From: the human T2T-CHM13v2.0 reference genome, Homo sapiens
Assembly (NCBI RefSeq): GCF_009914755.1
Contig: NC_060932.1
Strand: one strand, 5' to 3'
DNA length: 64,000 nucleotides
Both the position numbers and the translations under genes were made by a program. The notes beneath the pieces were generated by a model, which saw nothing but the letters and a program-made list of their open reading frames with translations, had not been told where the DNA came from and ran no database searches. The first letter of the stretch is position 1. Each line of letters begins with the position of its first letter. Of this stretch, positions 20,489 through 33,589 are shown in pieces.

Positions 20489-22715
20489 AAATTTCACATT
20501 CTCTGCTCACTGACATCTCTTTTTCAACCAAGTCCCCCATCCTGGGCTTGAGTGAACAGCAGCCCTAGAAGGAATGGTCTTAGTTTAAAAATGAGAAGCA
20601 AGTAGAAAGAATCCACATGAATGCTCTTCATGGATATTATTTGAAAACAATACTTAGGGATAGGCATAACAAGCAGAGAGCAGAAGAAAAATGCACATTA
20701 GAAGAATTATTCCAGGAAACAGAAAAATAAAATTTAGAAGAAAGACTATTTCTATACTTGCAAAATATTTTAAAGAAATGATAACTGTTAAAAAAGTTTC
20801 AAAGAGAAAATATTGATTAAATAAAATAAGAAAACCCCATGTAAAGAGTTGAAAAGCAACCTGGCAGACCTTAGCAATAAACTAAAATTTAGCAAAGAAA
20901 CTACCACAGAATTTAGCAATAAATCTACAATTAAAGAGGGAAAGAAAAAAACAGTGAGTAACTGAAAACAAAATCAGCGATACAGAGAATAAACATGAAA
21001 ATATTATATAAAATACAATGGAAAAGAATAAGATAAAAGTGTTTCAAGAAAAGATGAAACAGAGAGAAACAAATCCTCATAAACAGAATTGCATTCCTGA
21101 AAATGGGAAGAGATAATGAAACTCCCAAATGTTCAGTGATATGAAGGAGGAAAAGATTTCTAAAATAAGGAACTAAATCTGTACATGGAAAGATATTCCA
21201 AGAAAAACTATAGAGAATGAAATATATCTTTGTAAAGTTAGTGAATGTCAACAATGACTAAACAAGGGTTTCTGTGGACACAATGGTAGGAGGAAGTCAC
21301 CTCTGAGGGGCGCAACCTCACAGACCACTGAGTTTTCCAGGGCAGCAATCACTGCCAGAAGACAGTAGAGCAGTACCTATGGGCCCAGAAGGGGAAAAGG
21401 TAGTGTGACCCAGGGATTACATGGCCGAGTTGTTACTTTGTTGTTGATAGATGACCGCAACAGATCTATTCCACTTGTAAAGGCTTGAAGAATATAATGA
21501 CCATGAAATCTCTTGAAAAGAAAATCCTTGAAGATAAGATAAAATACAGCCAAACAAAAAATGGAACTAAATCGCTGAAAGCTGAAAAGGAGTTGGGGAA
21601 TGGCAATGAACCCTGAGACCACTGAGAAATAGAAACAGGGCCAAACAACTGTGGAGCTTATCATCACATAATATGAGGTAATAGTACAGGCCTGTGTTAT
21701 AAGAAAAATAATTATTAGGATGATTAAGTGTATTTTTTGGTTATAGTAGGAACTATAAGTGTCTTCACACTCTCCTTTTTATAGTTGGGAGTAAATAAAT
21801 GCTGTCTAAAAGTTTAATGAATCATCACAGAGACATTTAAATAATGTACCTAGTGTTATTTTTTAATTTCTAAAAAGAGAAAAAATTCATAAAGTGTCAC
21901 TATTAAAAAAGAAAGAAAAAAACTTGCCAACGGGACCAAAAGTAATTATAAATCTTCCCTATTAGCATAATGAAAAAACCCAGAAATACACCAAACAAAA
22001 GAAAAAAGAACACACAGCACACATTGCAACTATAGTTGGGAAGAGGAAGTAATAAAATCAAGACTTTATATTACAAAATAAATTTACAGCATTAAGGCTA
22101 AACTATTATACTATAAATATAAATAAAACACCAATAACAATATAGTCTCGGAATGACTTTAAAAGTTGTGAACTACAGGCTATTTACAAGACATACACCT
22201 GGAACAAAATGGCAAGGCAAAAATATGTTAGACAAAGGCAAACAAAATAAAGTAGGGTTCATGATGTTTAGGTAAGTTGGAATAAAAAATTAACTAATTC
22301 CTAACAAGAATGGTTAAAGTAATGTATACAAACCCAAATGAAGACCTAATGTTCATTTATTTTCTTCCTACTAAATAGCAAAATATTTGAAAGTGCAAAA
22401 CTGTGGAAAATATACAAAGATCTGGCATGGAAAAAATAGTAGTTAGAATGTTTAACTCAATTCTTTTATTCCATAAAAGATCATGTAGTCAAAAAATTAA
22501 TAAGGCTCTTAATCTAAGCAACGTTATTATTAGGGTTGACCACACACATACACTTATCCAACTTTACACACTGAAATTAGTGAATTAAATTCGATTTAAA
22601 TGCCATTAAATTTTAACCAAACATATATAGCCCCCAAAGGAATTTAAGTAAATTACAAAGAGAGGAAAAATTCAGGCAAACATTTAAATCACTAATATTG
22701 AATTAAAAATTGAAA

Positions 22716-23310
22716 TGTAAGGGTTAACTTGGCTGAGATTAACTTCTTACAGCCTAACATTCCAGAAAAAGGATTGGCCTTCTGAAAAGATCCATGGAAT
22801 CCAGCTTTAGCCCAGTACCCAGGCAAGCAATCCTGGACATTCTCACATTTGAAACCTTGTCCTCAATCATGCCAGGAAAGAGGCTGATGTTTTCCTAACC
22901 ATGAATGCTGATGCACTGATTCTTTCACATCATACAGCTACAACCCAAAGGCTTGGACTCCAGCCTCCAGCCATGCTAGGTACAGGCTGGTGAGTCTCCC
23001 AAACTGAAGCCAAAGCTCTGCTACTTTGTATTACTATTGTGTCCTGGTTCTTGGCCCCAGTAGGGGAGGGGCTGGTACTTCCCTAATCAGGAAGCTGAAA
23101 AGCTCCAGATCTAAAGGTTGGGGTCACTTGCCCAGAGTCAACATCCAAACCTTCTAAATCCATATGTTATGTCCTAGAATGCAGTGGCAAGAAGACCTCT
23201 GCACCCGTTTCTGCTGCTGTCTCCATGAGATTTCCTCAGTGGATATTCCCTCTACTGAGTGGTATATGTGTTCTCTGGTCATTTGACCTTGATTGCATGA
23301 TATTAATGAC
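22716..23310 (+). mobile_element. ERVL-class solo LTR (MER68/MER77-like)
   Basis: Begins tgtaagggttaact...acattccagaaaaaggattggcc, ends ...gaca; interrupts L1. Confidence 0.5.
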
Positions 23311-23432
23311 AGAAAAAATGAAATTTTTTATAAGCTAGAAATTTTTGTCATGCTGTCTTAACTCTTGGTTAAAAGGAAAATGAAAACTAATGTTGGAGAA
23401 AAATAGTTAAACACTGTGTATATAAATACATA

Positions 23433-23463
<31 letters not shown>

Positions 23464-23468
23464 AACCT

Positions 23469-23746
23469 AAGAGTCTACAGCTAAAGCTAAGCTCAGAGAA
23501 ATGGGTATATTATATTGTATATGTATAATATGTATATTACAAAATACTTATATAACCTAAAAAAAAGGGATGGCAATATATTTATTTTTTTATCTTAAGA
23601 ATTAAGAAGAGTCTACAGTCTAAAGCTAAGCTCACAGAAATGGGCATATTATATTGTATATGTATAATATGTATATTACAAAATACTTATATAATCTGAA
23701 AAAAGGGATGGCAATATATTTATATTTTGTTATCTTAAGAATTAAG
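23469..23746. repeat. Tandem duplication, 2 x ~139 bp
   Basis: Copies 23469-23606 and 23607-23746, both starting aagagtctacag. Confidence 0.95.
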
Positions 23747-23879
23747 AAACAGATCTGAAAAAAAGAATAAAATTAAAAATGGAATGTAATGCACTAGAAA
23801 ACAAACAAAAAATTTTGAATAAACCAAGAGCTGTTTCTCTGAGAAAATAAGGAATCACACTATTAAATTAGTAGCTAAC

Positions 23880-24301
23880 TGTGTTAGGCCATTCTCCCAT
23901 TGCTATAAAGAAATACTTGAGACTGGATAATTCATCAGAAAAGAGGTTTAATTGGCTTATAGTGATGCAGGCTGTACAGGAAGCATAACACTGGCATCTG
24001 CTTCTGGGGAAGCCTCTGGAAGCTTCCAACTATAGCAGAAGTTGAGGTAGGAGCTTTCATGGTAGGCACGTAGCAAAGCAGGAGCAAGAGAGAAGGGGGG
24101 AGGTGCCACACACTTTTATATGACGAGCTCTCGCAAGAACTTGCTCACTATCATGAGGACAGCAATAAGGGGATGGAGCTAAACCATTTAGGAGAAATCC
24201 ACCCCCTTGATGTAATCACCTCCCAACAGGCCCCACCTCCAACACTGGAGATTACATTTCAATGTGAGATTTGGGTCGGGACACACATCCAAACTATATC
24301 A
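23880..24301 (-). mobile_element. MSTA/MSTB MaLR solo LTR
   Basis: tgtgttaggccattct...gggacacacatccaaactatatca; 5-bp TSD ctaac/ctcac. Confidence 0.9.
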
Positions 24302-24869
24302 CTCACCTTATTAAAAATTGTTAAAAGCTCACACATTTAAAGGAAATTAAAAATGAGAGTGGGAAAATGTTTTCATTTATTCAGCAAATGTTTACTGAGT
24401 TCTTGTTACATGCCAGTGTGCCAGGCATATTTCCAGGTAGGATCTGAGTATATAATGGAGAATAAGACAGAGAAAAAAAAATACCTCATGAAGCCTGCAT
24501 TCCCACAAGGATGATAAGTTCTAATAACAAAACTACACGGGGAAGTAAGAAGATATGCTGCGTGATTGTTTTTGGGAGAATTGTAATTTTCCATAGGGTG
24601 GCCAAAGAAGTGATATTTGAGGAGTGACCTAAGGTTGGTAAGGAGTAGGCTCAGTGTGCATCTGGAGGAGGTGATGCAACCCAGAAGGAAAAGCAAGCCT
24701 CAGGTCCTGTGGCAGAAGCGGGTCTGGCCATTTGAAGGCTTTTGCAAAGAAGTGACATGATCTGACTGACCTTTTATGGAGATCAATTTGGTTGCTGCTT
24801 CAGAATAGACTGAGTAGGGGGCCAAGAAAAGAACAGGAAAATCAATTTACTGAGAAAGATTATTACTAC

Positions 24870-25478
24870 TGGGAAATAAATAGATCTTATTTATATAAAA
24901 CAAGAAATCTATAATTCACTCACTTCCTTTATGTGAGGTAGGAATTAGGGATCACACTCCTGGAAAAGAAAGAAGGCATTGACTCAATCAGTTCTCCTTG
25001 CAAACAGAGTAATGGCAGACCTCCTGGCCACAAAGCAAAGTAGTTTGTGCTAGCAGAACTGTCGTCATCTCTGGAGTGCTTTCACCAGGATTTATCTGGT
25101 TTCTAGCATTGCTTGTGGTAAACAAACCTGCATTTGTAGATTTACAAGGCATAGCCTCACTGGAATATGTTATGCATGCTACTTTTCATGATCAAGATCC
25201 TCCCGTCTGTGAAAATCTGGTTACTGCAGACCTCACTTAAAACCAGATCTGCCACCCTGGGCTAGAGTGCTTCTGAGGAGAGAAGGAAGGATCAGGCAAT
25301 CCCAAGTAATCATGAGATGAAACAGAGAGAGAGAGAGACACTGATACTGAATCTCTCTCTCTGTTTCATCTCATGAGTACTTGTACCCTTTATATTATTA
25401 TTATTAGTGTAGCTTGATACTGAATAACACCTTTGATTTGGTGGCCTGATTTGATAAACCAGTCCTTGGTGTTATTTA
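24870..25478. mobile_element. Probable old ERV LTR inserted in L2 (family uncertain)
   Basis: ~600-bp interruption of otherwise collinear L2, with LTR-like composition. Confidence 0.4.
25303..25383. repeat. Near-perfect inverted repeat (32-bp arms, 17-nt loop)
   Basis: caagtaatcatgagatgaaacagagagagaga / tctctctctctgtttcatctcatgagtacttg, 31/32 complementary. Confidence 0.95.
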
Positions 25479-27889
25479 AGCAATAATCCAGGTGAGAGAT
25501 GATGGTCACTTGAACGAGGGTAGTGGCAGAAAACATGGTGAAAAGTGGTAGGATTTTGGATCTAGTCAAAGGTAGAACTAACGGAATTTCATTAGGAATT
25601 GAATGAGGAATATAACAGAAGGTAAATAAGCAAGGGTGATTCCAAGGTGCTTGGCCTGGGGACTAAGAATAATTTACTTATTATCACACATGGAGGAAAC
25701 AATAGGAGGGCATATTTGGGATAAAGGAATTAAGAGGTTAATATTGGACATATTAAGTTTGAGCTGCTCAAAATGTGGCTAAGTGGAGCTGTGTAAACAG
25801 TTGGTTATGGGGGTCAGGAATTCAAGGTAGAGCTTCTGGATAGCCATATAAATTATAGAGCCTCGGCATATAATGATATTTAAAATATGGGATTAGAATG
25901 AGGTTGCATGACCACAGAAAGAAAACAGAAGAGGTTCAAGGAGCGAGCCCTAGGACACTCAGTGTTGAGGGGTCAGAGAGATAACGTGAGGCCAAGGAAA
26001 CACTAAGAAGTGGCGGTCAGTGCTGTAGCAGTCAAACGTAGTCTCAAATGGTCTTAGGTCAGATAAGGAAAGTGCTGAGAATTCACCATTAGTCATCTCA
26101 ACCAGAGTTGTCAGCTTAAAGTGGTGGGGGTGACAGCCTGGTGGGAGTGAGGTCAAAAGAATACAGGAGGCCATAAATCAGAGACAGCAAATATAGGTCA
26201 CTCTTTTGAAGACTTTTGCTGTTTAAGGAAGGAGAGAAATGGAATATCAGCAGGGGAGTGAAATAGGACCAAAAGGATTCTCTTTTGAACTTGGGATAAA
26301 TAATAGTGTATTTACAGTGTGATTAAAAAAAAAAAAGGACTGGAGAGGAGAACTGCTGATGCAGCAGAAAGAAGGAGAATTACCAGAGTCATGTCAGTGA
26401 GCAGGGGCAGGGGTACTGTGCAGCAGGAGAGAATTCCGGCCTGTGAGCACAAAAGCAGGAGGTTGGGATGCTTGGGAAGACTCTTTCTCAGTGGGGCAAG
26501 GAGCAGAAGTCATTAGCAGAGAGTGACACTCATCTTGCAAGAGGAAAAGAGTGAAAAGAATGGATGCAAAAACAGTCAGGCAGCCATGAGGCAGCCACAG
26601 TGGTGACTGGTCCTGAGTTGAAAATGATCTGGTGCAAGGTTGTGTTTTTTTTCTCCAGCCACACCCAGTGGCAGGGTGGGAGCATAGAGGAGGTGGATGG
26701 TGGCTTAGCTCAGGGAATGTGACTTGGGGAGAGGCATGGGGGTTGAGTGTGTGCTAGGAAGTGATTTCATTGCTTGATAGTGGATGGAATTTAAGGTAGG
26801 TAAGGAGGGAAATACGGACTCGACTTTATACTTTCCGATTTTGGAATCTTGTAGACACAAGATTCTGTGCACTTCCAGGATCTTATCAGTTATAAAATAC
26901 TCAGAGCTGTTTGCCTTTCATGTGTGTTTCACAGGACAAATAGTTGATAGGGTCCTCAGATTTCCTCAGGCCTTCCCCACAAGGCTGGACATGATGGCTG
27001 CTAAGACATCAGAGAAACATAGGAATCTGTCCTATGTGAGGTTAGTTCAAGGGCAGGAGACCTCATGGCCTCTTATTGTAGGTGATTCATTTTATGCAGG
27101 GAAACAGAGTTATCTTTTTCTATCCATACAACTTCTGCTACCTCTTGCTTAAGGAAGAATCTTTTTTCCCCCTTTTGGCTTTTAATTTTTTTTCTTTAAC
27201 CATGAATAATGCTTTATTCACACCTTGTAAGGGATTATACAGAGAATGACAAGTTTAACTCCTCCTTAAAATGAATTACAATTTTATTTTTAAGAATTTT
27301 GTCCCTTTTTAAAGAACAGAGGCCTCGGAATTGTCACTGGAATTAGCATTTATTATGACAAAGCAATGTGGACTGTGATTGTCACTTAGCATTTGAAGAT
27401 TAGATGATAAAATAATATGATAAAATAATATAATAAAATTTCCAAGTTGGAAAAAGCTAGTGTGTCTACATTACTACATGTCTTTCAAACTTGTTTTATG
27501 TAGCCAATTAGGCAAATTTCAAGTGTTAGCTGGCAGGCCTGTTTGTAAACGTAGAAAAATATGTCATTCATGGAGATTCTAAAACAAAATGAAACATATT
27601 CTTAATTTCTTTGTAATCAAACATACTTAATGAGAAGTCAACAAGCCTAATCTTTCTAGAATGCTTACATGAATACTATTTTGAGTTCACTAATGTTTGT
27701 TTTATTAAGGGGAGAAGGTTTAATGCTGATGTTGAACAATGCTTTCGAGGAATCTCTAATGTAGGACTCATGATGCCAGTTGCTGAGTGATTATTTGAAG
27801 TAAATGATTTCCATTGTATTCAAACCCACCAGCTTTTTTGAATTTATTAATGAATGTTGATGAGTTAACTGATGACAGAGGCTTATAGA

Positions 27890-28130
27890 AACAATTTATT
27901 AATTTGCACAACCACATTTAATGTGCCCCTATTGTGAATCAGGCACTGCACTGCATATGGAATACACAACCATGAACAAGCTTTGGCCTTCATCCTTGAA
28001 TTTGGGAGACAGATATACAAACCTTGAATTACAAAACAGTTAATAAATGCCATTAGATACATTTGAAAAATGATATTGGAAGAATTAAGATGGTAATAAA
28101 ATGCTTCCTAGAAAGGTGGTCTAATATTAA
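27890..28130 (-). mobile_element. L2 3' fragment
   Basis: catttaatgtgccctattgtgaatcaggcactgcact. Confidence 0.55.
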
Positions 28131-28599
28131 CAGAATATGAAACATAAATTATTTTTGTATAATTACTTTTTTTTTCAATTCAGCAAAGCATTTAGGGGAC
28201 ATATGGTGACAGCCCTTTGGAGGAAATGGGGTCTTGCAAATACAATTACAATGAGAGTAATATCTTCTGGGAGATGATATACATATGTGATAAACAATGT
28301 AGTACAATTTACTAACATAATGCTGAAATAAAAAAGAGTTCAAGTAGAAGAATAATAAGTATGGGTGGTATACTCAGGAACTAGTAGGAAAACCAGGCTC
28401 TGGATTTAGGAAGGATGCTATTTAAAGGAGGTGAAGAAAATGGACTCTAAGGATCTAATGCCTCTCCTGATCCTAGACATTAAACAATTTGGACACTGCT
28501 ATCATGGTTTATTAAGATCTTTTTCTTGGAGCAATATCAATACACACAACAGGATTTGAAAAGATTTTAAAACATGATTTTACAGTACATTTTATCTAC

Positions 28600-30010
28600 T
28601 TCTCAAGGTAGAGCTATGTCCCACACACAAATCTGATAAAGATACAATATCAAAAATAAAAATTGTAGGTCCATTTTACTTGTAAATATGGAAAAAATCT
28701 AGATAAAATATTTCCAAACAAAATTTAGCAGCATATTAAAAAACACATACATTTTATTTCAGATATACTAGAAGGCTTTATCATTAGGATTCTATCAATA
28801 AAAATCCTTATATTAACACATTATTGGAAAATGTGAAATTATTAAAACATTTTATTAATACAGCCTTTGATAAAATTTCAGTCATGATTTAGATGAAAAA
28901 ACTCTAAGTAAAATAGAAAAGAAAAATCATTTTCTTAAGCACATTTAAACTCAGCACAACTTAAACCTGACCTCAACTAATATATTAAATTGAACAACAT
29001 AATAGGTTTTTCCATCATATTGAGAAACAGACATGACACCTGCTAATTGTGTTATTATTCAACAATGTTTTTGGCAGTTTTCACTAACACAAGATAAGAA
29101 GGAGAAATAAGCAGTATAAATATTGAAAAAGAAGGGACAAATTCTAATTATTTGAAGATAATTTGATTGTAAACTGAGATAACACAATAAATTCCATTAA
29201 AACAATGTATTGACCTAAATAAAAGTTTCAGTATGATAGGTGGGTCCAAGGTTTTATATGCACTAGGGAAACTAATTAGAAAGAAGGTATTGCAATAGGA
29301 AGAATACTCCAGTCTCAGAAATTCACAAGCACTTCAGAATCAAGCAGAAAAAGATTTTTCTGTTCTAGGGTAAAGGAGGAGCAAGCAGAGATTAGTAGAA
29401 TGTTTAGAGGCAAGGATGGACAAGCAAAGGGAAGAGAACAGTGGGGTCTCACAGGAAAAGGGCTCTCTGTGTGGCCTCCCGGTTCCCAGGGGAAGCTCAG
29501 AAAGGGGATGCTTTCTACTTTTTTTGTGCTTTCTCAGGCTTGGGGAGCAAGAGGAGTTCAGGGCCCTGTAGGAAAGAAAGAAACCTGACCAAGGATTGGT
29601 CAAGACAAAGCAGAAGATAAGAAATGAGCAACTCCATACATTGGATGTACATTTTTAAAATCTTATATTCTGAATTAAGAAATATATAGATACATCTATG
29701 ACAAACTTTAACAGTGGTATAAGACCTATATGATGATAAGTACAAAGCTGGTAATTAAGACCATGAAAGAAAGCCAGAATACATACCATGTTCCTGCATG
29801 ATCAGCCCTAACGCTATAAAAATGTACATTCTTACCACATTGAATATCTGCTTAATACAACCAGAATCCCCCACATTTTTGCAAGTGATATGCTCATTTT
29901 AAACTTTATGTGGAAAAATAAATGTTGCTGGAAAGTTTTAAAAATCTAAAAAAATTCTTGGTGGGGATTTGCCCTAATGAATATTAAAATGTCTATAGTG
30001 AAAACAATAT
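28600..30010 (+). mobile_element. Ancient L1M ORF2 (RT region)
   Basis: cagcctttgataaaatttca, ttattattcaacaatg, tatttgaagataatttgattgt, ataccatgttcctgcatg. Confidence 0.7.
29290..29625 (-). mobile_element. ERV1 LTR fragment (MER31/MER67-like)
   Basis: Minus strand cttgaccaatccttggtcagg; interrupts L1. Confidence 0.5.
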
Positions 30011-30011
30011 A

Positions 30012-32130
30012 TTACACACAGCTAACATAGTATTTAATGGAAAAAGACTAAAAGCTTTCTCCCCAAATTAGAAACAGGACAAAGATTCCCACTTCTCCCA
30101 CTTCAATAAAGCTGGAGGGCAATTAAGCAAGAAAAGAAATATGAGATACTCAGATTGGAAAAAAAAAGAAATAAAACTATTTTTATTTGCAGATATATTG
30201 ATCATCTATATAGAAAATCCTAAGGAATACACACATACACATAAATCGTTAGAATTAATAAATACGTTCAGCAAGGTTTCAGAATACAAGGTTTTCAGAA
30301 TACAAAAATCAACTTTATTTCTATACACCAGCAAAAAGCAATCCAAAAATAAAATTAAAAAATAATTCTATTTATAATGGCATCAAAAGGAATAAAATAC
30401 TTGAGAATAAATTTAAGAAAAGAAGTGTAAGCCTTGTACAGTGAAAACTACAAAACAGCATTGCTAGAAACTGAAGAAGATGTAAATGAAAACACAACCT
30501 ATTTTCATGGATTGGGAGATGTAATATTGTTAAGATGGCAATACTCTTCAAACTGATCTACATATTTAATGCAATTCTGTCAGAAACCCAGATGGATTTT
30601 TTTTTTTGCATAAAGATGGCAGGCAGACTTTAAAATTCATATGGAAATGCAAGGGACCCAGATTGGCCCAAATAATCTTGAAAACAACAAAGTTGGAAGA
30701 CTCACTTCTTAATTTCAAAACAATAAAAATGACAGTAATCATGACTGTAGTACTGGCATAAGGATAGATACGTAGATCAATGGAATGGAATTGAGAGTCC
30801 AGAAATGGACCTATACATTTATGGGCAATTAATTTTCAACAAAGGTTCCAAGATAATTTACTGGTGAAAGAATAATCTTTAACAAATGGTGAGGGGGCAA
30901 CTGGATATAAGCATGCAAAAAGAAGCTGGGGTCTTTCCTTACACCATAGTCAAAGTTAACTCAAAATGGATCAAAGACCTAACTGTAAGAAGCTAACACT
31001 ATGAACGCTTAGAAGACATAGGTGTAAATCTTAGTGATCTTAGATCAAATGAGGGTTTCTTAGATGTGATATTTAAAGCACAAGCAATCAAAGAAAATAG
31101 ATAAATTGGTGTTCATCAAAATTTTTAAAGACTTGTGTATTTCAAAGGACACTATCAAGAAAGTGAACATACAATCTACATAATGGGAGAAAATATTTGC
31201 AAATCATATATCTGATAAAGGCCTAATATCGAAAACATGTAAAGAATTCTTACAATTCAACAACCGAATGTCAAGTCAATTTAAAAACTGTAAAAGAAAC
31301 TTTAATTGGCATTTCTTCAAAAAAGATATGCAAATAGCCAGTAAGCACCTAAAGAGGTGTTCAACGTCATTAGTCATTAGGAAAATGCAAGTCAAAACCA
31401 CATTAAGATATCACTTTACCCAAAATATTATTTTTAAAAAGATAGAAAATAAGAAGTGTGGGTGAGGCAACTTGAAGCCTCATATATTGCTGGTGGGAAT
31501 GTAAAATGTTGTAGTTGCTTCGGAAAGCAATTTTATAGTTCCTCCAAAAGTTAAAACATAGACTTACTATATGACTCAGCAATTCCACTTGTAAGCATAT
31601 AACCAAGAGAATTAAAAAGATGTTTATGCAAAAACTAGTATATGAATGTTCATTGCAACATTTTTTTTACCCAAAAAGTAGACACAATCTGAATGTCTAT
31701 CAGCTATTGGATAAACAAAATGTTGTGTATCTATACCATAGAACATTATTCAGCCATAAAAAGCGATGGGTATTGATATGTGCCACAATATGAATAGACC
31801 TTGAAAACATTTTTGTAGGTGAAAGAAGCCAGACACAAAAGGCCACAAACTGTGTAATTCCATCCATTAATATACGAAATATTCACAATAAGTAAATTCG
31901 TAGAGCCAAAAAGTAGACTATTGGTTGCCAGGAGATGGGGGAAAGAGAAATGGGGAGTGACTGCTGGTGGGTATAAGGTTTCTTTTTGGGGTGATGAATA
32001 CATTCCAGAATTAGATAGCTGGTGACAGTTTGCATAACTTTGTGAATCCACTAAAAACCACTGAATTGTACACTTTAAAATGGTGAATTTTATAGTATAT
32101 GAAAAATACCTCAATTTTAAAAGAAGAAAA
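30012..32130 (+). mobile_element. L1MB-type element: 3' ~2.1 kb of ORF2 and 3'UTR
   Basis: ORF remnant KLFLFADILIIYIENPKE; 3'UTR ggggtgatgaa...ccactgaattgtacactttaaaatggtgaattttat. Confidence 0.9.
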
Positions 32131-32159
32131 ACATAATGCCAAAAAAGTTTTAAAAATCC

Positions 32160-32355
32160 TCACTAGCACTTGTTATTTTCCATCTTTTTAATAATATTTT
32201 GTGTAAAGTTGTATCTTAATGTGGTTTTGATTTGCATTTTCCTAATGACTAATGACGTTGAACACCTCTTTAGGCGCTTAGTGGCTATTTGCATATCTTC
32301 TTTGAAGAAATGCCAACTAAAGCTTTTTGTTTCATTTTTAAATTGACTTGCCATT
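32160..32355 (-). repeat. Inverted copy of 31267-31467 from the adjacent L1
   Basis: ORF translations 31268..31465(+) and 32163..32381(-) are nearly identical; shared non-consensus bases. Confidence 0.85.
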
Positions 32356-33116
32356 ATTGTTGTGTGGTGCCAGCAGAACAATAAATAAATACATTACTCC
32401 AGAAAGAGAAACAAATACACATGGAAATTTATTTGTTAAAGGTTGCATTACAAATCAATGAAAGAACTGAATTATTGATAACTCATATTAACAAAATTTC
32501 CTTTTCAAGTGGAAGAAAGTAAAATTAGAATCTCACTTTTCACCATATAAATGAACCCCAGTGGGATCTCCATATAACAAATAAAACTATAATATATTAG
32601 AATAAAATTTAGGAAATATTTGTGTAGCCTGAGTGCAGGATGAGCTTTTTAACTGAAAAAGTTAAAATCTATAAGGGAAATAATTTTTGATTTCTTAAAA
32701 TAACATTTAAAAAGTGCATGGCAATAAACATCATACACGATATCAAGAGAAAATGGAGAGTAAATATCTGCAGTTGAGGTATCAAAGTATTGTTCACTCT
32801 AATACAAAGCTGAGAAACAGAAACTTTTAATGACCAATACAGAGATAGGAGGTGGAGACATGACATTTTGTAAGCTGGAAAATATAAAAGTATTAGGGTA
32901 AGAGAACTTCTCCACTGTCTTACATTATTATGAGTCTGCCTGTAGTGTAGCCTAAGTATGTCTTCCCAGCCACTTTCTGGGGTTCTTACCTTCTAGCCAG
33001 CTCTATCTAGGAAATTTTTCCCTCATCTTGATGGAAACCTTACTTTCCTTTTCTGGCCAAGAGATTTTATTTACAATAACATCTTATTTTCCTTCCTGGG
33101 CTTAGAGAATTGGGGT

Positions 33117-33483
33117 CCACATTAGTCTGCTAAGGTGAAACGGTAAAACACTACAGACTGGGTAGCTTAAACATCAAGCTATTATTTCCTCCAAGTTCTA
33201 CAAGTTCTAAAGACTGGAAGTCCAAGATCAAGGTTCTGGTTGATTTGATTTCTGGTAAGGGTTGTCTTCCTGGATTGCAGATGGCCAACTTCTCATAGGC
33301 ACTTGGAGAGAGAAAGCTCTCTGATATCTCTTTGTATAAAGACATTAGTCTTATGGGATTAGGGCCCCACCCTTATGGCCTCATTTAACCTTAATTACCT
33401 TCTTAGAGGTACATACGGTTGCACTAAAGATTAGGGCTTCAATGTATAAATTTTAGGGGGACACAAACATTCAGTCTATAACA
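33117..33483 (-). mobile_element. MLT1A/MSTD MaLR LTR
   Basis: attagtctgcta...ctggaagtccaagatcaagg...ggggacacaaacattcagtctataaca. Confidence 0.85.
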
Positions 33484-33589
33484 GTTCTTCTGGGCCATTT
33501 GTGCTTCACCTCTCTATACTCTTGCCGAGGCAGTCAATATAGGGGCCCTGACTATATGTGAGATGGAAGAGAAAGGGAAGTCAGGCATA

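Larger units (their letters stand above)
19720..24365 (+). mobile_element. Ancient L1M: 5'UTR, ORF1 and ORF2 endonuclease region, with nested insertions
   Basis: A-rich strand bias; ORF1 C-terminal motif ctgccagaagacagtagagc; EN motif tatttacaagacatacacc; aataaaccaagagctgtttct. Confidence 0.65.
24370..26810 (-). mobile_element. Long L2 element, interrupted by an LTR-like insert
   Basis: ttcatttattcagcaaatgtttactgag tail; gcaataatccaggtgagagatgatgg; ggacatattaagtttgag. Confidence 0.8.

Noticed and set aside
19814-20568. 227-aa and overlapping ORFs (SFLP/KERK repeats)
   Set aside because: The frames stay open only because of the GAAA/GGAA microsatellite.
23469-23746. CRISPR-like or regularly spaced repeat array
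   Set aside because: It is only a two-copy tandem duplication without spacers, and no array exists anywhere in this mammalian window.
30141-32114. RT-like and other ORFs (FADILIIY...)
   Set aside because: These are disrupted L1 ORF2/3'UTR remnants, not an intact retroelement or a novel RT system.
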